A stretch of 64,000 nucleotides of DNA, from assembly GCA_902384675.1 (NCBI GenBank), contig CABMCT010000031.1, positions 3,425 to 67,424 of the forward strand, read 5' to 3'. Shown one piece after another: positions 49,219 through 59,534 of the stretch (within the stretch, counting starts at the first letter, position 1; each line of letters starts with the position of its first letter). Source of the stretch: an uncultured archaeon. GTDB taxonomy: Archaea; EX4484-52; LFW-46. The notes under the pieces were generated by a model, which saw only the letters and a list, made by a program, of their open reading frames with translations, was not told where the DNA came from and made no database searches. Position numbers and translations under genes: made by a program.

Positions 49219-50976
49219 TTAAGCTATACCTGCTTTCCGGCTGTTTGTATCGCGGCATACAGTATCGCGAATCGAATCAATTGAATCTCCTCCGTATCTG
49301 TCGCGCGCCAGATCTTTCTTATAAAAATTCCTGGTTTTTTTGTCGGTCCCCTTAACTTCCCCGCAAGGGACGTAGCCCAGGTTGATGTAAAAATTATTTG
49401 CAGATGGATTGTCTGTCAGTGCTTTCAGTTCCGCCTGCGTTATGTTGTTTTCAAGGCACCTGCTTTCAAACGCATCCAGAAGCAGTTTGCCGATGCCATT
49501 TTTCCTGTGATTTCTGTCCACCAGGATTTTGTTGACCCTTGCCAATTTTTCATTTGCCTGCGAGCCTATGAGGTATCCGATTATGGCGCTGTTCCGGGTT
49601 GCTGCAAAACTAAGCTTCCATTTTCCGGGAATCCGGCACATGAAATTATCCCTGCTCCATGGCCGCTCGCCAAGCTCAGTCCAGTTGTCTTCAAGCGAAA
49701 GAAACTTTGAAAGATTCTTCATCACATATCTTTCGGAAATCCTGCGGATGATAATCTTTTGGGAGGATTCGCTGTCTTTGCGCCATGTATTGCTCCAGTT
49801 AAGCTGCTTGTGCGCGGCTTTTTCATAAGTAATTTTTGAAAAAGACACAAGAGTTAGCGCGCTTCCTATAAACTTGTAGACGTAAATTTCAGGGGTGTAG
49901 CGAAGGTATTTTGGAGAAATAATTGCCGTCGGAACTATAGTCAGGAAAGCGTCTGCCAGGAAAAAACCTTTTACATAGCTCATGCCAAAGAGCGGTAGTG
50001 CCCCGGGTGCGGCAACATTGATTGCAAAAACCAGCGGAAGGGTGACCACCCCCAAAGCATATGGCACAGACTCTATCATGCTCGGCAGAACAGTTGTCAG
50101 GAATAATTTTTTCGCTTTAACAAGCTTTCTTCCGTGGATGTAAATGCTCTGGAACGTTCCGGAGTACCATCTGAACCATTGGCGCATGAGAGCAGACGGC
50201 TTTTCCGAATCAAACGAATGAATCAGCGCGCCCTCCTCGTAAATTATTTTATACCCGTGCTCCTGTAGCACCCACGTGTAGTCGGTATCCTCTGTCTTTG
50301 TCCTTACAGGGATAGGAAGGTCATGCAGGATTTTTGTCCTGTATGCAGTGCCAGCGCCGCAAACAACAGAAACGGCGTTCCTGTAGCTCTGGGCAACTTT
50401 CCGGATTTTAAAGACCTCATTGTTCCAGGAATTTCCATAATGCAGCGCCCTTGCAAGCGGGTTATTGGGTGGGAGCGTATAGCCATAAGGCGTAACAGCG
50501 GCTATGTCATCCGAAGTAAAATTCCCGGCCATTTTTTCAATACATTCCTTGTCCAGGAGGATGTCGCTGTCAACAACAACCGTAATGCTGCCAAGCTGAT
50601 GCATTAATTTCTTAACAGCGTAATTTATGTTTTTCGCCTTGCCCATGTTTTTCTTCCGCCTCAGGTAAAAGAAATTATCAAATTCGAGCTGGAGCTTTTG
50701 GCATATTTCGTGCGTCCTGTCTGTTGAGCAGTCGTCAATGACAACCACATTTTTTGGCTTTAGCGTCTGGCTGTAAATTGACATGACAGTGGTTTCAAGC
50801 GATTTTTCCGAATTGTATGCAGGTATGATTACAGAAACTTTACGGTTATTTCCCCTTGACATGCAGCCCCGCTTCCCGGGATTTTTTTTAATCTTATCCC
50901 GGATGTACTTTAATCCGAGCGTTATGGCATCTATTGAAAACGTGAGAGGCATTATATACGGAATCCCGATTCCCAT
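49219..50976 (-). CDS. Processive GT2 glycosyltransferase fused to a C-terminal GNAT domain
   Basis: IPAYN, DDCSTD, DSD, TED, QWFRW; HRKNGIGKLL and NxxAxxFY. Confidence 0.88.
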   Translation of the reverse strand: MGIGIPYIMPLTFSIDAITLGLKYIRDKIKKNPGKRGCMSRGNNRKVSVIIPAYNSEKSLETTVMSIYSQTLKPKNVVVIDDCSTDRTHEICQKLQLEFDNFFYLRRKKNMGKAKNINYAVKKLMHQLGSITVVVDSDILLDKECIEKMAGNFTSDDIAAVTPYGYTLPPNNPLARALHYGNSWNNEVFKIRKVAQSYRNAVSVVCGAGTAYRTKILHDLPIPVRTKTEDTDYTWVLQEHGYKIIYEEGALIHSFDSEKPSALMRQWFRWYSGTFQSIYIHGRKLVKAKKLFLTTVLPSMIESVPYALGVVTLPLVFAINVAAPGALPLFGMSYVKGFFLADAFLTIVPTAIISPKYLRYTPEIYVYKFIGSALTLVSFSKITYEKAAHKQLNWSNTWRKDSESSQKIIIRRISERYVMKNLSKFLSLEDNWTELGERPWSRDNFMCRIPGKWKLSFAATRNSAIIGYLIGSQANEKLARVNKILVDRNHRKNGIGKLLLDAFESRCLENNITQAELKALTDNPSANNFYINLGYVPCGEVKGTDKKTRNFYKKDLARDRYGGDSIDSIRDTVCRDTNSRKAGIA

Positions 50977-52044
50977 TTAATTCACCCCCTGAAAAACAGC
51001 ATCTTTTGAGGACGCGGAATTCTCCGGCAGGGCGGAGTCCCAGAAAATTTTTTTCCCGCCCACTTCCGTTTCATACCTCATGATTTGAACGCCTTCCTTG
51101 TAATCGAATTCCGGGTATGGTTCGTGCAGGTAATCCAGAACCGGCAGCAAGGCGATATTTCTTCCGCTTGCCGATGAAAGATAAATGCTGCCGCCGACAC
51201 GAGGGTTGACATCCAGGACATAAATTTTTCCTGAGTTGTCTTTTCTCATTTCAATCTCAATCAGGCCTTTGAGGTTAAGCGCTTCTATTATTTTTCTGCA
51301 CACTTCTTCCATTTCCGGCGCGTACACTGAAACAGAGCGCATTCCTATTATTTTGTCTCCTGCAGCAACCCTGAGCTTTTTGCGGACAGCGCCAAAATAT
51401 ATGCTTCCGCGGCTGTTGATATATGCGTCGATGCCATAATCGCTGGATTCGATGAACTGCTGGCATATCGGCGGGCCGAAGTCGTTTTTAAAAGAATTCC
51501 AATAATCCTCGAGCTTTTTCTTCTCATCAGGCGAATTGCCTTTTACTGTATGCGTGTGTCTTCCGCCCCTGCCCGTCCGCGGTTTTATAAAAGCCGGGAT
51601 GCCGACAAGTTTCCGGATATCCTCTATACTTGTGCCTTTTTCTATGCTTGCTGTCAGTGGAACGATATCAAGGTGCTTTGTTGTTTCATACAGTTTCAGC
51701 TTGTCCTTTGCAGACATGACGCCGCCATGATTTCCTATCGGAAGCGTGTTGATTTTTTCCGTGTTCCGGCAGCTCCCGGACAGCGCCACCATTTCTTCAT
51801 CAGAAGTAGGAATCACCAAATCGATGCCCAGGCTTTGGACAACTTTTTGCATTTGAGGTATGTACTCATTGCTTCCAGGGTTTGGAAGAATTACGAAATC
51901 ATCGCATAAGATTTTAGGGTGGTCCGGGCTCATATCTGCCCCGACAAAAAATAATCTTTTGCCCAGGTACGACTCTTTAAGGCATCTGACAAAGTTGTAC
52001 GCCGCTCTTCCTCCGATTGATGTAATAAGAATTTTGGTGTTCAT
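50977..52044 (-). CDS. ATP-grasp protein
   Basis: KDKL, FIKPRTGRGG, QQFI, DVNPRVGG. Confidence 0.85.
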   Translation of the reverse strand: MNTKILITSIGGRAAYNFVRCLKESYLGKRLFFVGADMSPDHPKILCDDFVILPNPGSNEYIPQMQKVVQSLGIDLVIPTSDEEMVALSGSCRNTEKINTLPIGNHGGVMSAKDKLKLYETTKHLDIVPLTASIEKGTSIEDIRKLVGIPAFIKPRTGRGGRHTHTVKGNSPDEKKKLEDYWNSFKNDFGPPICQQFIESSDYGIDAYINSRGSIYFGAVRKKLRVAAGDKIIGMRSVSVYAPEMEEVCRKIIEALNLKGLIEIEMRKDNSGKIYVLDVNPRVGGSIYLSSASGRNIALLPVLDYLHEPYPEFDYKEGVQIMRYETEVGGKKIFWDSALPENSASSKDAVFQGVN

Positions 52045-52083
52045 AAAAAACACATCTCCGGGTTTTCGAAATCCCGCAATTCA

Positions 52084-52932
52084 TTAATCGCTGCGCATAA
52101 GATCCATGACGTCGTTTTTGTTTCCGCCAGCAGACCTTAGCATTTCCAGTGCCCATGAAATATCGCCTACTTTTGAAGCATGGTGCGCATCGGAGCCGAT
52201 GCTGAATTTTACGCCATGGAACCTGCATATCCTGATAAACTCAGGCGGAGGCACGCAGTAGTTCGTGTTTATTTCAACAGCCTTCCCGTGTGCACCAATA
52301 AAGCTGGCAAGATTGTGCATTTCGGTTTCATCAGGCATCGTGATGTTGAACTTATGCAATAGGTCAAAAGGATGGCCTATGATATCGACTGATTTGTTCC
52401 TGCATATCGCCCTGAGCGCCTCAAGGTATACTTCCTTTGTTTTATGCGGGTCCAGCTTCTGTATAGTCGTGTCCCCTTCCATTATGTTCAGGCCAGGAAT
52501 CCTGTGAAGAGAGCAGACAATAAGTTCTGCACGATTTTCTGCGGATTTTGAAATGTCCAATGTTCCGTTCATATCAAGAAGCTTGGTTTCAAATCCGAGA
52601 ATCACTGCGGAGCCGCTGCTTTTTCTTCCATTTTCTACAGCTTCGATGTATTTGTCAACCCATGGAGAGCCAGCCCTTATATGTTCGGTTATTGCAATCT
52701 TTGCAAGGCCCTTTTCATTTGCAGCCCGAATCATATCCTGGACGCTTGAGTCCCCGTCGGTAAAATTCGTGTGCATATGAAAATCGGATTTTATTTCCAA
52801 CGCTCGAAAGCGCTGTTGGATCCGTTCGCTTGCGCTCTCGGCTTTCCAACCCAAAGCAGTTGGTGAATGGTTGCAAAAGGTTTGAAACTCGTGCCTTTTG
52901 CAAGCGAGTTTCATGATCTTTATTTCTTCCAT
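52084..52932 (-). CDS. PHP domain phosphoesterase with a 32-aa in-frame repeat insertion
   Basis: DFHMHT..TDG, ITEH, GHP, GSDAH. Confidence 0.9.
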   Translation of the reverse strand: MEEIKIMKLACKRHEFQTFCNHSPTALGWKAESASERIQQRFRALEIKSDFHMHTNFTDGDSSVQDMIRAANEKGLAKIAITEHIRAGSPWVDKYIEAVENGRKSSGSAVILGFETKLLDMNGTLDISKSAENRAELIVCSLHRIPGLNIMEGDTTIQKLDPHKTKEVYLEALRAICRNKSVDIIGHPFDLLHKFNITMPDETEMHNLASFIGAHGKAVEINTNYCVPPPEFIRICRFHGVKFSIGSDAHHASKVGDISWALEMLRSAGGNKNDVMDLMRSD

Positions 52933-53579
52933 GAACTCCCCTCCATTACGTTCAGGACAATATGATTCGCACAGAAAGGCTCTGCGTATGGGTGCGTGGG
53001 AGTACGTGCCGTACAGAAACAGTAGAACCTTAAATCCGCTTTCACCCGTTCCATATCTACACTGCCGCTTTTTATTTGCGATTTGTAGTGGGATAGCGCT
53101 TCTTTTTTCTTAAGAAAATCGTTTTTTGAGCCGACATGAAATATGTGCGGCTGAAACGATGCAAGGGCTGTTGCCGGCGTTTTATAAAAAAAGATATTGG
53201 GCACATCCCTGCACGCAATCGATGATGCATGGCTGACAGTTTCATGGTCCTGGTGCCGGTCTTGTGGAAAATGCAGATATGCAACAAGCGGGTTCTCGCG
53301 CGATATTATTTTTTCAAGGTCGTCCTTTAGCTCGTTAAAATGTTCGTGGAGGCGCGTATCAGGATAGTGAAGAAAATGCAATCGTTTTATCCCGATAAAA
53401 TCTGCAGCGCGCCTCGCTTCCATCATCCGGGTGTTCTTTTCGCCGCCCAGCTCGCCGTCGCTGCATATTATGCCTATAACATCGTCGCCCTGCAAAGCGT
53501 GGAACATCAGCCGCATCGCAGCTCCCAATTCGTAGTCGTCCGGATGAGCTCCGATTGCAACAACTTTTCTGTTTGCCAT
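52920..53579 (-). CDS. PIG-L family deacetylase
   Basis: AHPDD, DRHQDH, YKSQ. Confidence 0.92.
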   Translation of the reverse strand: MANRKVVAIGAHPDDYELGAAMRLMFHALQGDDVIGIICSDGELGGEKNTRMMEARRAADFIGIKRLHFLHYPDTRLHEHFNELKDDLEKIISRENPLVAYLHFPQDRHQDHETVSHASSIACRDVPNIFFYKTPATALASFQPHIFHVGSKNDFLKKKEALSHYKSQIKSGSVDMERVKADLRFYCFCTARTPTHPYAEPFCANHIVLNVMEGSSWKK

Positions 53580-53582
53580 AAA

Positions 53583-53681
53583 TCACAGCATCACCCCGGT
53601 TAAAGCAGAAATCAATGCGCAAAGAAGAACGTTTGGTTTTGCACAATAACTATGGACGTTTTGGAAGAATTCTGCGAACAT
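53583..53681 (-). CDS. 32-aa hydrophobic leader ORF of the glycan operon
   Basis: AGGTGA RBS; MFAEFFQNVHSYCAKPNVLLCALISALTGVML; stop abuts the next start. Confidence 0.45.
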   Translation of the reverse strand: MFAEFFQNVHSYCAKPNVLLCALISALTGVML

Positions 53682-54139
53682 ATCATCACCTTAAGAGTAG
53701 CGGTGTATTATCTCCCTTAAGATGGATATATCGGTTGCTCTTTAGCTTATGAGTATGAGAATACAGTATATAAACTTTCAAAATATTTTTGCCAAAAAAT
53801 CGCTAAACGCCGAAGATAAAAAATTCGTCAGGCGTTGAAAAGAAATATTTTTTCAGGGTGTGCTGTGCAAAAATGCATAACGAGAATCAGACGATGTTTG
53901 CGGGCTTAGAATCGGCGATTGCGTAATAATATAGAACCTTATTCACTTGCAATACGGGCAGTTGCATGCAGTTCTAGTTCCATTGTCCCGTGCGCCCGCC
54001 AGCTTTTTTTCAATATAACCTGCTTCGTTAGGCATATCGAATTGAGAGTTGATATCTACTATAATAGGACCTACAACGTTTCCTATAGTTCGTTCCGCAT
54101 ATATTTGTCCGGACATATAATCCATCATTTACTATTTTT

Positions 54140-54442
54140 CTATTTCTTCTCTTCAGTTGCAGGTGCTGCTCCTTCAGCGGGCTTTGCTTCGCCTTTCTTT
54201 GATTTCTTTTTCGGCGCCTCTTTGTCGTAGACGCTTGCAATTACTTCGCTCTGTAGCTTGCCGTATTTCTGGTAAACGTGGCTGACTGCGATATTCTCTT
54301 CTTTTGCAGAGAGCGACTTTGCCAATTCTTTCAGGACATCAGCCTTGCTCGGCGTTGCGCCGTCTTTTGTGAAAACTGCCTTTATCTCTTTTCTGGCGAG
54401 CAGTTCGTTTCTTTTGTCTGAAATTATTTTTAGTTCTTGCAT
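54140..54442 (-). CDS. rps24e: Ribosomal protein eS24
   Basis: NELLARKEI, GATPSK, YG...VY. Confidence 0.92.
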   Translation of the reverse strand: MQELKIISDKRNELLARKEIKAVFTKDGATPSKADVLKELAKSLSAKEENIAVSHVYQKYGKLQSEVIASVYDKEAPKKKSKKGEAKPAEGAAPATEEKK

Positions 54443-54455
54443 ATTAACAACCTTT

Positions 54456-54719
54456 TCAACCAAGTTCAATAACATAAAGCCCGTTTGTTTCAAGTTGCTT
54501 TGGCGTATAGAACTTTGAAACGTCAAGCTTAAAAACCTTGCTGCATTTCTTTGTGATTTTCCTGCCAGTGTATTTCTTTGTCTTTGGGTCGAATTCCTCG
54601 AGGATGAGCATGTCGCCTGCCTTTAAATCGAAATCAGCGAGGCGCAATTCGAATTTCTTTTCGCCTTTTTGAATTGCATCGAAATATTCCGGCCAGATTT
54701 TTTTGCGTATTTCGGACAT
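54456..54719 (-). CDS. ASCH/DUF3850 domain protein
   Basis: KKIWPEYFDAIQKGEKKFELR...GD.LILEEF. Confidence 0.85.
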   Translation of the reverse strand: MSEIRKKIWPEYFDAIQKGEKKFELRLADFDLKAGDMLILEEFDPKTKKYTGRKITKKCSKVFKLDVSKFYTPKQLETNGLYVIELG

Positions 54720-54889
54720 AAAAATCACCGTTAATCAGTAGGCGTGCACCCTATCGAATGCATTATGTGGTACTGCCAGTTCATTGTTTTTGCATAATTT
54801 TCCTGTGAGGTTTCTACGAATTTTTTACTGATTCTTTCCATAGACTTTGAGATAATGTCTGGATTGTATATGCCAACCATAAATTTGCC

Positions 54890-55075
54890 TCACATCACCT
54901 GCAGCGCGTATTTACCCGGCACTGCAATTCCCGCCTTTTTCGCGATTTCGGAATCAGGGCTGAATACGACAATTACTCCTTTCCAGTTGGTTGTCAGGTC
55001 GTTTGATTTGCATACGTCGCATTCGTTTCCTTCCTCAATCAGGCGTTTACAAACCCTGCATGCGCGTTCATTCAT
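54890..55075 (-). CDS. spt4: Transcription elongation factor Spt4 (RpoE'')
   Basis: ACRVC...CDVC...W.G...SEIAKK...PGKYAL. Confidence 0.95.
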   Translation of the reverse strand: MNERACRVCKRLIEEGNECDVCKSNDLTTNWKGVIVVFSPDSEIAKKAGIAVPGKYALQVM

Positions 55076-55260
55076 TTTTAACCATCTCCAATAATCATAA
55101 TTTTCATTTGCTCTGGGTTAAAAAGCCGAGAGTTCCGCACATAATGGTTAGTAAGGCGGAACGAACGGATTTCCAACAATTAACATATTGCTTTGGGTTG
55201 GAAAGCTTGATATGTTAATATCATGATTTTTCGCCGTTAACCTAATGCATTAGGCGAAAA
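55076..55260. repeat. Repeat stack between rpoE1 and spt4
   Basis: Contains AAAAGCCGAGAG..GAACGGATTT and AAAGCTTGATAT..ATATCATGAT modules. Confidence 0.85.
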
Positions 55261-55273
55261 TATCTTTTTCACC

Positions 55274-55882
55274 TTATTTCTCTTTTTTGCCCTTTTCCTT
55301 GGGCTTTTCCTCTTCTCCTGCTTTCTTGGCCTTTTTTTCCTTCTCTTTTCTTTCGGCTTCTATCCAGTCAAGAGAACCCAGACCATCCTGGCGCATTGTG
55401 ATTGTGATTTTGTTCACTTCCTTTTTCTCAAGGCTTATTGCGGTTATTCGCGCGCGGACCGTATCCCCGATTTTAAGCACTTTTGCGGTTTTTTTGCCGA
55501 CTATGACATTTGCTTTCGGGTCGCGGCTTACGTAATCATTCATGACCTGCGAAATGTGGCACATCCCGTCAATCGGCCCGAATCTTACAAATACGCCGAA
55601 ATCCGTTATGTCTATAACCTGCCCCTCGATGATTTCATGAAGCTTCGGGACAAAGAGCATTGCCTCGAATTTTGCGGAATAAAATATGCCCGGGTCGTCT
55701 GCTTTTATTGTGCCTCCCTTGACATCTGATGCCTGCGTTACTGCAAGCACAACGCCTACATCGGGAATTATGTGGTTCTCGTATTTCTGCACAAGGCTTT
55801 TCAGTACCACGTCTTCTTTTTTGCCGCCGATATTTTCCGGCGGGACTCTTATTTCGTCTTCAAAATTTGCCATTTCGAACAT
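55274..55882 (-). CDS. rpoE1: RNA polymerase subunit Rpo7 (E')
   Basis: IRVPP, S1 domain FGVFVRFGPIDGMCHISQ, TMRQDGLG. Confidence 0.95.
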   Translation of the reverse strand: MFEMANFEDEIRVPPENIGGKKEDVVLKSLVQKYENHIIPDVGVVLAVTQASDVKGGTIKADDPGIFYSAKFEAMLFVPKLHEIIEGQVIDITDFGVFVRFGPIDGMCHISQVMNDYVSRDPKANVIVGKKTAKVLKIGDTVRARITAISLEKKEVNKITITMRQDGLGSLDWIEAERKEKEKKAKKAGEEEKPKEKGKKEK

Positions 55883-56130
55883 TTTTTATCATTCTCCTTC
55901 TTCTTTAGATAAAAAAGCTTAAAATCCGTAGATTTTATGATTTTTAGCCATCTCCATTTTTAACCATTAGCCCCTTACTTGGGCTAAAAAGCTTGCCACG
56001 TTGTGGCAAGATTAATTCACCATTTACTATAAGAATAAAACCGTACGGGATTCTGGCTCAGGTTGTCTCTAATTAGATGCTGCTTATTCTTTATAAATCT
56101 AATCGGGAGCCAAAACCCCCTAAAATTTCT

Positions 56131-58134
56131 TTACCCAAGCGCAATCAATCCGCCATAAGCCGCAATTGCAGCCGCGAATATCAGCGCTATTGTGTTCATT
56201 ACCTTGATAAGCGAGTTGAGCGCAGGTCCTGCAGTGTCCTTGAACGGGTCCCCTACAGTGTCTCCAACAACTGCTGCCTTGTGCGGCTCTGATTTTTTGC
56301 CGCCGTAGTTGCCCTTTTCGATGTATTTCTTTGCGTTGTCCCAGGCTGCGCCTCCTGATGTCATTTGTATTGCAAGCAAAAGGCCGCTAATGATAACTCC
56401 GACAAGCAACCCTCCAAGAGCTACCGGGCCAAGCAGGAATCCGACAGCAAGCGGGGATATTACAGCAAGCAATGCAGGAACGGTCATTTCCTTTATTGCC
56501 GCCTTTGTTACAATATCAACGCATTTGCCGTATTCGGGTTTTGCAGTGCCTTTCATTATGCCTTTGATTTCGCGGAACTGCCTTCGGACTTCCTCGACTA
56601 TTTCGAATGCTGCCCTGCCCACAGCGCTCATCGCATAGGATGAGAACAGGAACGGCAGCATTCCTCCGATGAAAAGCACTGCCAGGACAAGAGGGTCGCT
56701 TAAGCTGAAAGTGATGGCTCTTATTTTTGAAGTCTCTGCCGTGAATGACGCAAAAAGCGCCAGCGCTCCAAGTGCTGCAGAGCCTATTGCATAGCCTTTT
56801 GTTACTGCTTTTGTGGTGTTTCCGACAGCATCCAAATTATCCGTGATTTCCCTGACCTTTTCGGAAAGCCCTGACATTTCTGCTATGCCTCCTGCATTGT
56901 CTGTTATAGGCCCGTAAGAGTCGATTGCAACAATCATTCCTGTTGTCGAAAGCATCGCAACAGCCGCTATTGCAACCGAGTAAATGCCAAAAGTTCCGCC
57001 GAGCATGTAAGCCCCAAGCATTCCTGCTGCGATAACAAGAACAGGCAGCGCTGTGCTCTGCAAGCCTACTGCAAGGCCGGTTATTATGTTAGTTCCGGGC
57101 CCGGTCTGCGAAGCCTTTGCAATGCTTCTGACAGGGTAGTATTCTGTTGAAGTGTAATATTCGGTTATCAGGATTATTGCGACTGTGACGCCGAGTCCGA
57201 TTATGCCTGAATAGAACAGGTTCATTCCAAGGCCAAGGTATTTTGTCACTTCGTAAAATCCGATTGCTGAAAGCGCGCCTGATGCTATTGCGCCTTTGTA
57301 CAGTGCGCCCATTATGTTCTGCGAGCTTCCGAGCCTGACGAAAAATGTCCCCAGGATGCTTGCGATTATTGCAACAGAGCCAAGCATCAGCGGGTAAAGG
57401 GAGTAAACAGTGTCCTTCATAATGAGGGAACCGATAAGCATTGCCGCGATTAATGTGACTGCATAAGTCTCGAAAAGGTCCGCGCCCATTCCTGCGCAGT
57501 CCCCTACATTGTCACCGACATTGTCTGCGATAACTGCGGGGTTTCTCGGGTCGTCCTCAGGGATTCCTGCCTCGACTTTTCCGACCAAATCAGCGCCCAC
57601 GTCTGCTGCTTTTGTGTATATCCCGCACCCGACTCTAGCGAAAAGCGAAATTAAAGACTCGCCAAAGCGGAATCCGATAATCATGACCGGGTCGCCATAA
57701 ACATAATAGAATGCGCTGACTCCAAGAAGCCCCAAACCGACAACTGAAAGCCCGGTTACCGCACCGCCCCTGAAAGCGACTGAAAGCGCATCGCTAAGCC
57801 CGTTTTTGGCAGCTTCTGCAGTTCTTACGTTTGCGCGCACAGATATATTCATGCCGATGTATCCTGCCAAGGCCGAGGAAATCGCCCCTGCCACAAAACC
57901 AATGGCAGTTGGCGCATTTATTGCATAATATAAAATTAATGCAATAATTACTGCAAAGACAGCGACTGTCCTGTACTGGCGATTGAGGTACGCCATAGCG
58001 CCTTCCTGTATTGCTTTTGCTATCGACTGCATTTTTTCGCTGCCCTGAGGCTTTCGAAGCACGTTAGCCGCGAGAATTCCCGCAAAAACAATCGATAAAG
58101 CACTTGCAATAAATGCCAAGAAAACAGGTTGCAT
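56131..58134 (-). CDS. hppA: Membrane-bound H+-translocating pyrophosphatase, K+-independent type
   Basis: [26 protein letters not shown] (Lys variant), DTVGDPFKD. Confidence 0.95.
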   Translation of the reverse strand: MQPVFLAFIASALSIVFAGILAANVLRKPQGSEKMQSIAKAIQEGAMAYLNRQYRTVAVFAVIIALILYYAINAPTAIGFVAGAISSALAGYIGMNISVRANVRTAEAAKNGLSDALSVAFRGGAVTGLSVVGLGLLGVSAFYYVYGDPVMIIGFRFGESLISLFARVGCGIYTKAADVGADLVGKVEAGIPEDDPRNPAVIADNVGDNVGDCAGMGADLFETYAVTLIAAMLIGSLIMKDTVYSLYPLMLGSVAIIASILGTFFVRLGSSQNIMGALYKGAIASGALSAIGFYEVTKYLGLGMNLFYSGIIGLGVTVAIILITEYYTSTEYYPVRSIAKASQTGPGTNIITGLAVGLQSTALPVLVIAAGMLGAYMLGGTFGIYSVAIAAVAMLSTTGMIVAIDSYGPITDNAGGIAEMSGLSEKVREITDNLDAVGNTTKAVTKGYAIGSAALGALALFASFTAETSKIRAITFSLSDPLVLAVLFIGGMLPFLFSSYAMSAVGRAAFEIVEEVRRQFREIKGIMKGTAKPEYGKCVDIVTKAAIKEMTVPALLAVISPLAVGFLLGPVALGGLLVGVIISGLLLAIQMTSGGAAWDNAKKYIEKGNYGGKKSEPHKAAVVGDTVGDPFKDTAGPALNSLIKVMNTIALIFAAAIAAYGGLIALG

Positions 58135-58231
58135 TGTGACACCAATCGATAATAATCCTATGAAAGGATAGTTTTATAAAGGTTGTGATGTATAAATATA
58201 GTTATTGTTTAGTGGTTACAATGGTGATGTT

Positions 58232-58897
58232 ATGAGTGATAATGACTTCCCTTTATCTGAAATGCAGGATATTCTTCGTAAGTCTCTGGAGCCGGATAAA
58301 ATTTATTCTCCAGACTGGAAAAAATCGGAGTTCGTAGGTTTTGAGGGTACAAATGATTATAAAGAACTCGCTAATATTGTAAAAAAATTAGACGCTGATA
58401 AAGAGAACAACGCTTTTTATAACGCTCTGATTAAAACCCATGATAATTTTTTTAGGGCTTTGGATGCCGGTGAATTTGACCTATTGAAGGAGCGTGCGAA
58501 ATCATCTGATGATCTGGATGAGGCGGGCAGGCGCGCTTTATATGGCGATTGGCAACGGTATATTTCATGGAAAAAAGATGAGGTTATAAGAGACTTTAAA
58601 ACATACCTAATAGAAAGAGATTTCTATAAAAATAAATCCGAAGAGCTTCGGAATCAGTTCTACGATGACTGGAAGTCTTTAGTACTCTTGGGAAAAAGAA
58701 AGGTGTTTAAATATAGCCAATGGATGGAAGTAAATGGGGGAATTAGTAGCTCGCGCGACGATATTTATGATTTTATAGGGTTTGTTAATGAGTGCTATGA
58801 GGACTGTCTTTCCACCAGAACTGCTACAACAAAAACATCCTTGATGGCCGGCAATCGAAGGCATACCGCTTCTAAAAAAGCTCTTGCCAAAGGATAA
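58232..58897 (+). CDS. Hypothetical protein
   Basis: Acidic ORF with GGTGA RBS. Confidence 0.6.
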   Translation: MSDNDFPLSEMQDILRKSLEPDKIYSPDWKKSEFVGFEGTNDYKELANIVKKLDADKENNAFYNALIKTHDNFFRALDAGEFDLLKERAKSSDDLDEAGRRALYGDWQRYISWKKDEVIRDFKTYLIERDFYKNKSEELRNQFYDDWKSLVLLGKRKVFKYSQWMEVNGGISSSRDDIYDFIGFVNECYEDCLSTRTATTKTSLMAGNRRHTASKKALAKG

Positions 58898-58965
58898 GGA
58901 CGTTGACATATATTCGCAGAAGAAGAAAGAGGTTGGCGGGGTGTAGGAATGAAAAGTGATTTATA

Positions 58966-59226
58966 TCATCTGCGGTAAGCGCTATCATGATTATCTAAAT
59001 CGAGAAAAACCACCGAATCGCTTCTGATTTCAAATAAAAGAACGAATGACTTCATTATATGAACGCGCCTGATGTTTTTCATGTCATAACGCAGTGGCTT
59101 GTAATGTTCCGGATTTTGTATAATTTCGTCGATTTTCTTCATGCAGATTTCGTAGCACTTTCTATCTTTTTTGAATAGTTTTTTCAGAATATCGCGGAGT
59201 TTATCTTCCAGTACCGGCTTATGCAT
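58966..59226 (-). CDS. RelE/YafQ family toxin
   Basis: YKPLRYDMKNIRRVHI..SFVL...HD.AY. Confidence 0.85.
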   Translation of the reverse strand: MHKPVLEDKLRDILKKLFKKDRKCYEICMKKIDEIIQNPEHYKPLRYDMKNIRRVHIMKSFVLLFEIRSDSVVFLDLDNHDSAYRR

Positions 59227-59243
59227 AAAATCCGCTCAAAGAA

Positions 59244-59489
59244 TTAGTCTGTTTCAATATCTTTTCTTAGCTCCCGCATATTGTTGTAAGAATGGAATTT
59301 TCCTTCAGCTATTATTTTTTTTATTTTTTCAACATATTCGGGCCTTACTTCATGAATATCGTTGCTCACCGCGTCTATTTCTTCTTCCATAACGCGTATT
59401 TTTTGTTTTAAAAGTATCATTTCCTTTTTTAAACTGTTTAACTGATTTGTATTGACAGACGATCTAATTTTCTTTAATCCGCGTTCCAT
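59244..59489 (-). CDS. Putative antitoxin
   Basis: Lies upstream of the toxin; EVRPEYVEKIKKI motif. Confidence 0.7.
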   Translation of the reverse strand: MERGLKKIRSSVNTNQLNSLKKEMILLKQKIRVMEEEIDAVSNDIHEVRPEYVEKIKKIIAEGKFHSYNNMRELRKDIETD

Positions 59490-59534
59490 AAGATCACATA
59501 TTTAATTGAGCAGCATTGCTTAAATATTTTCAAT

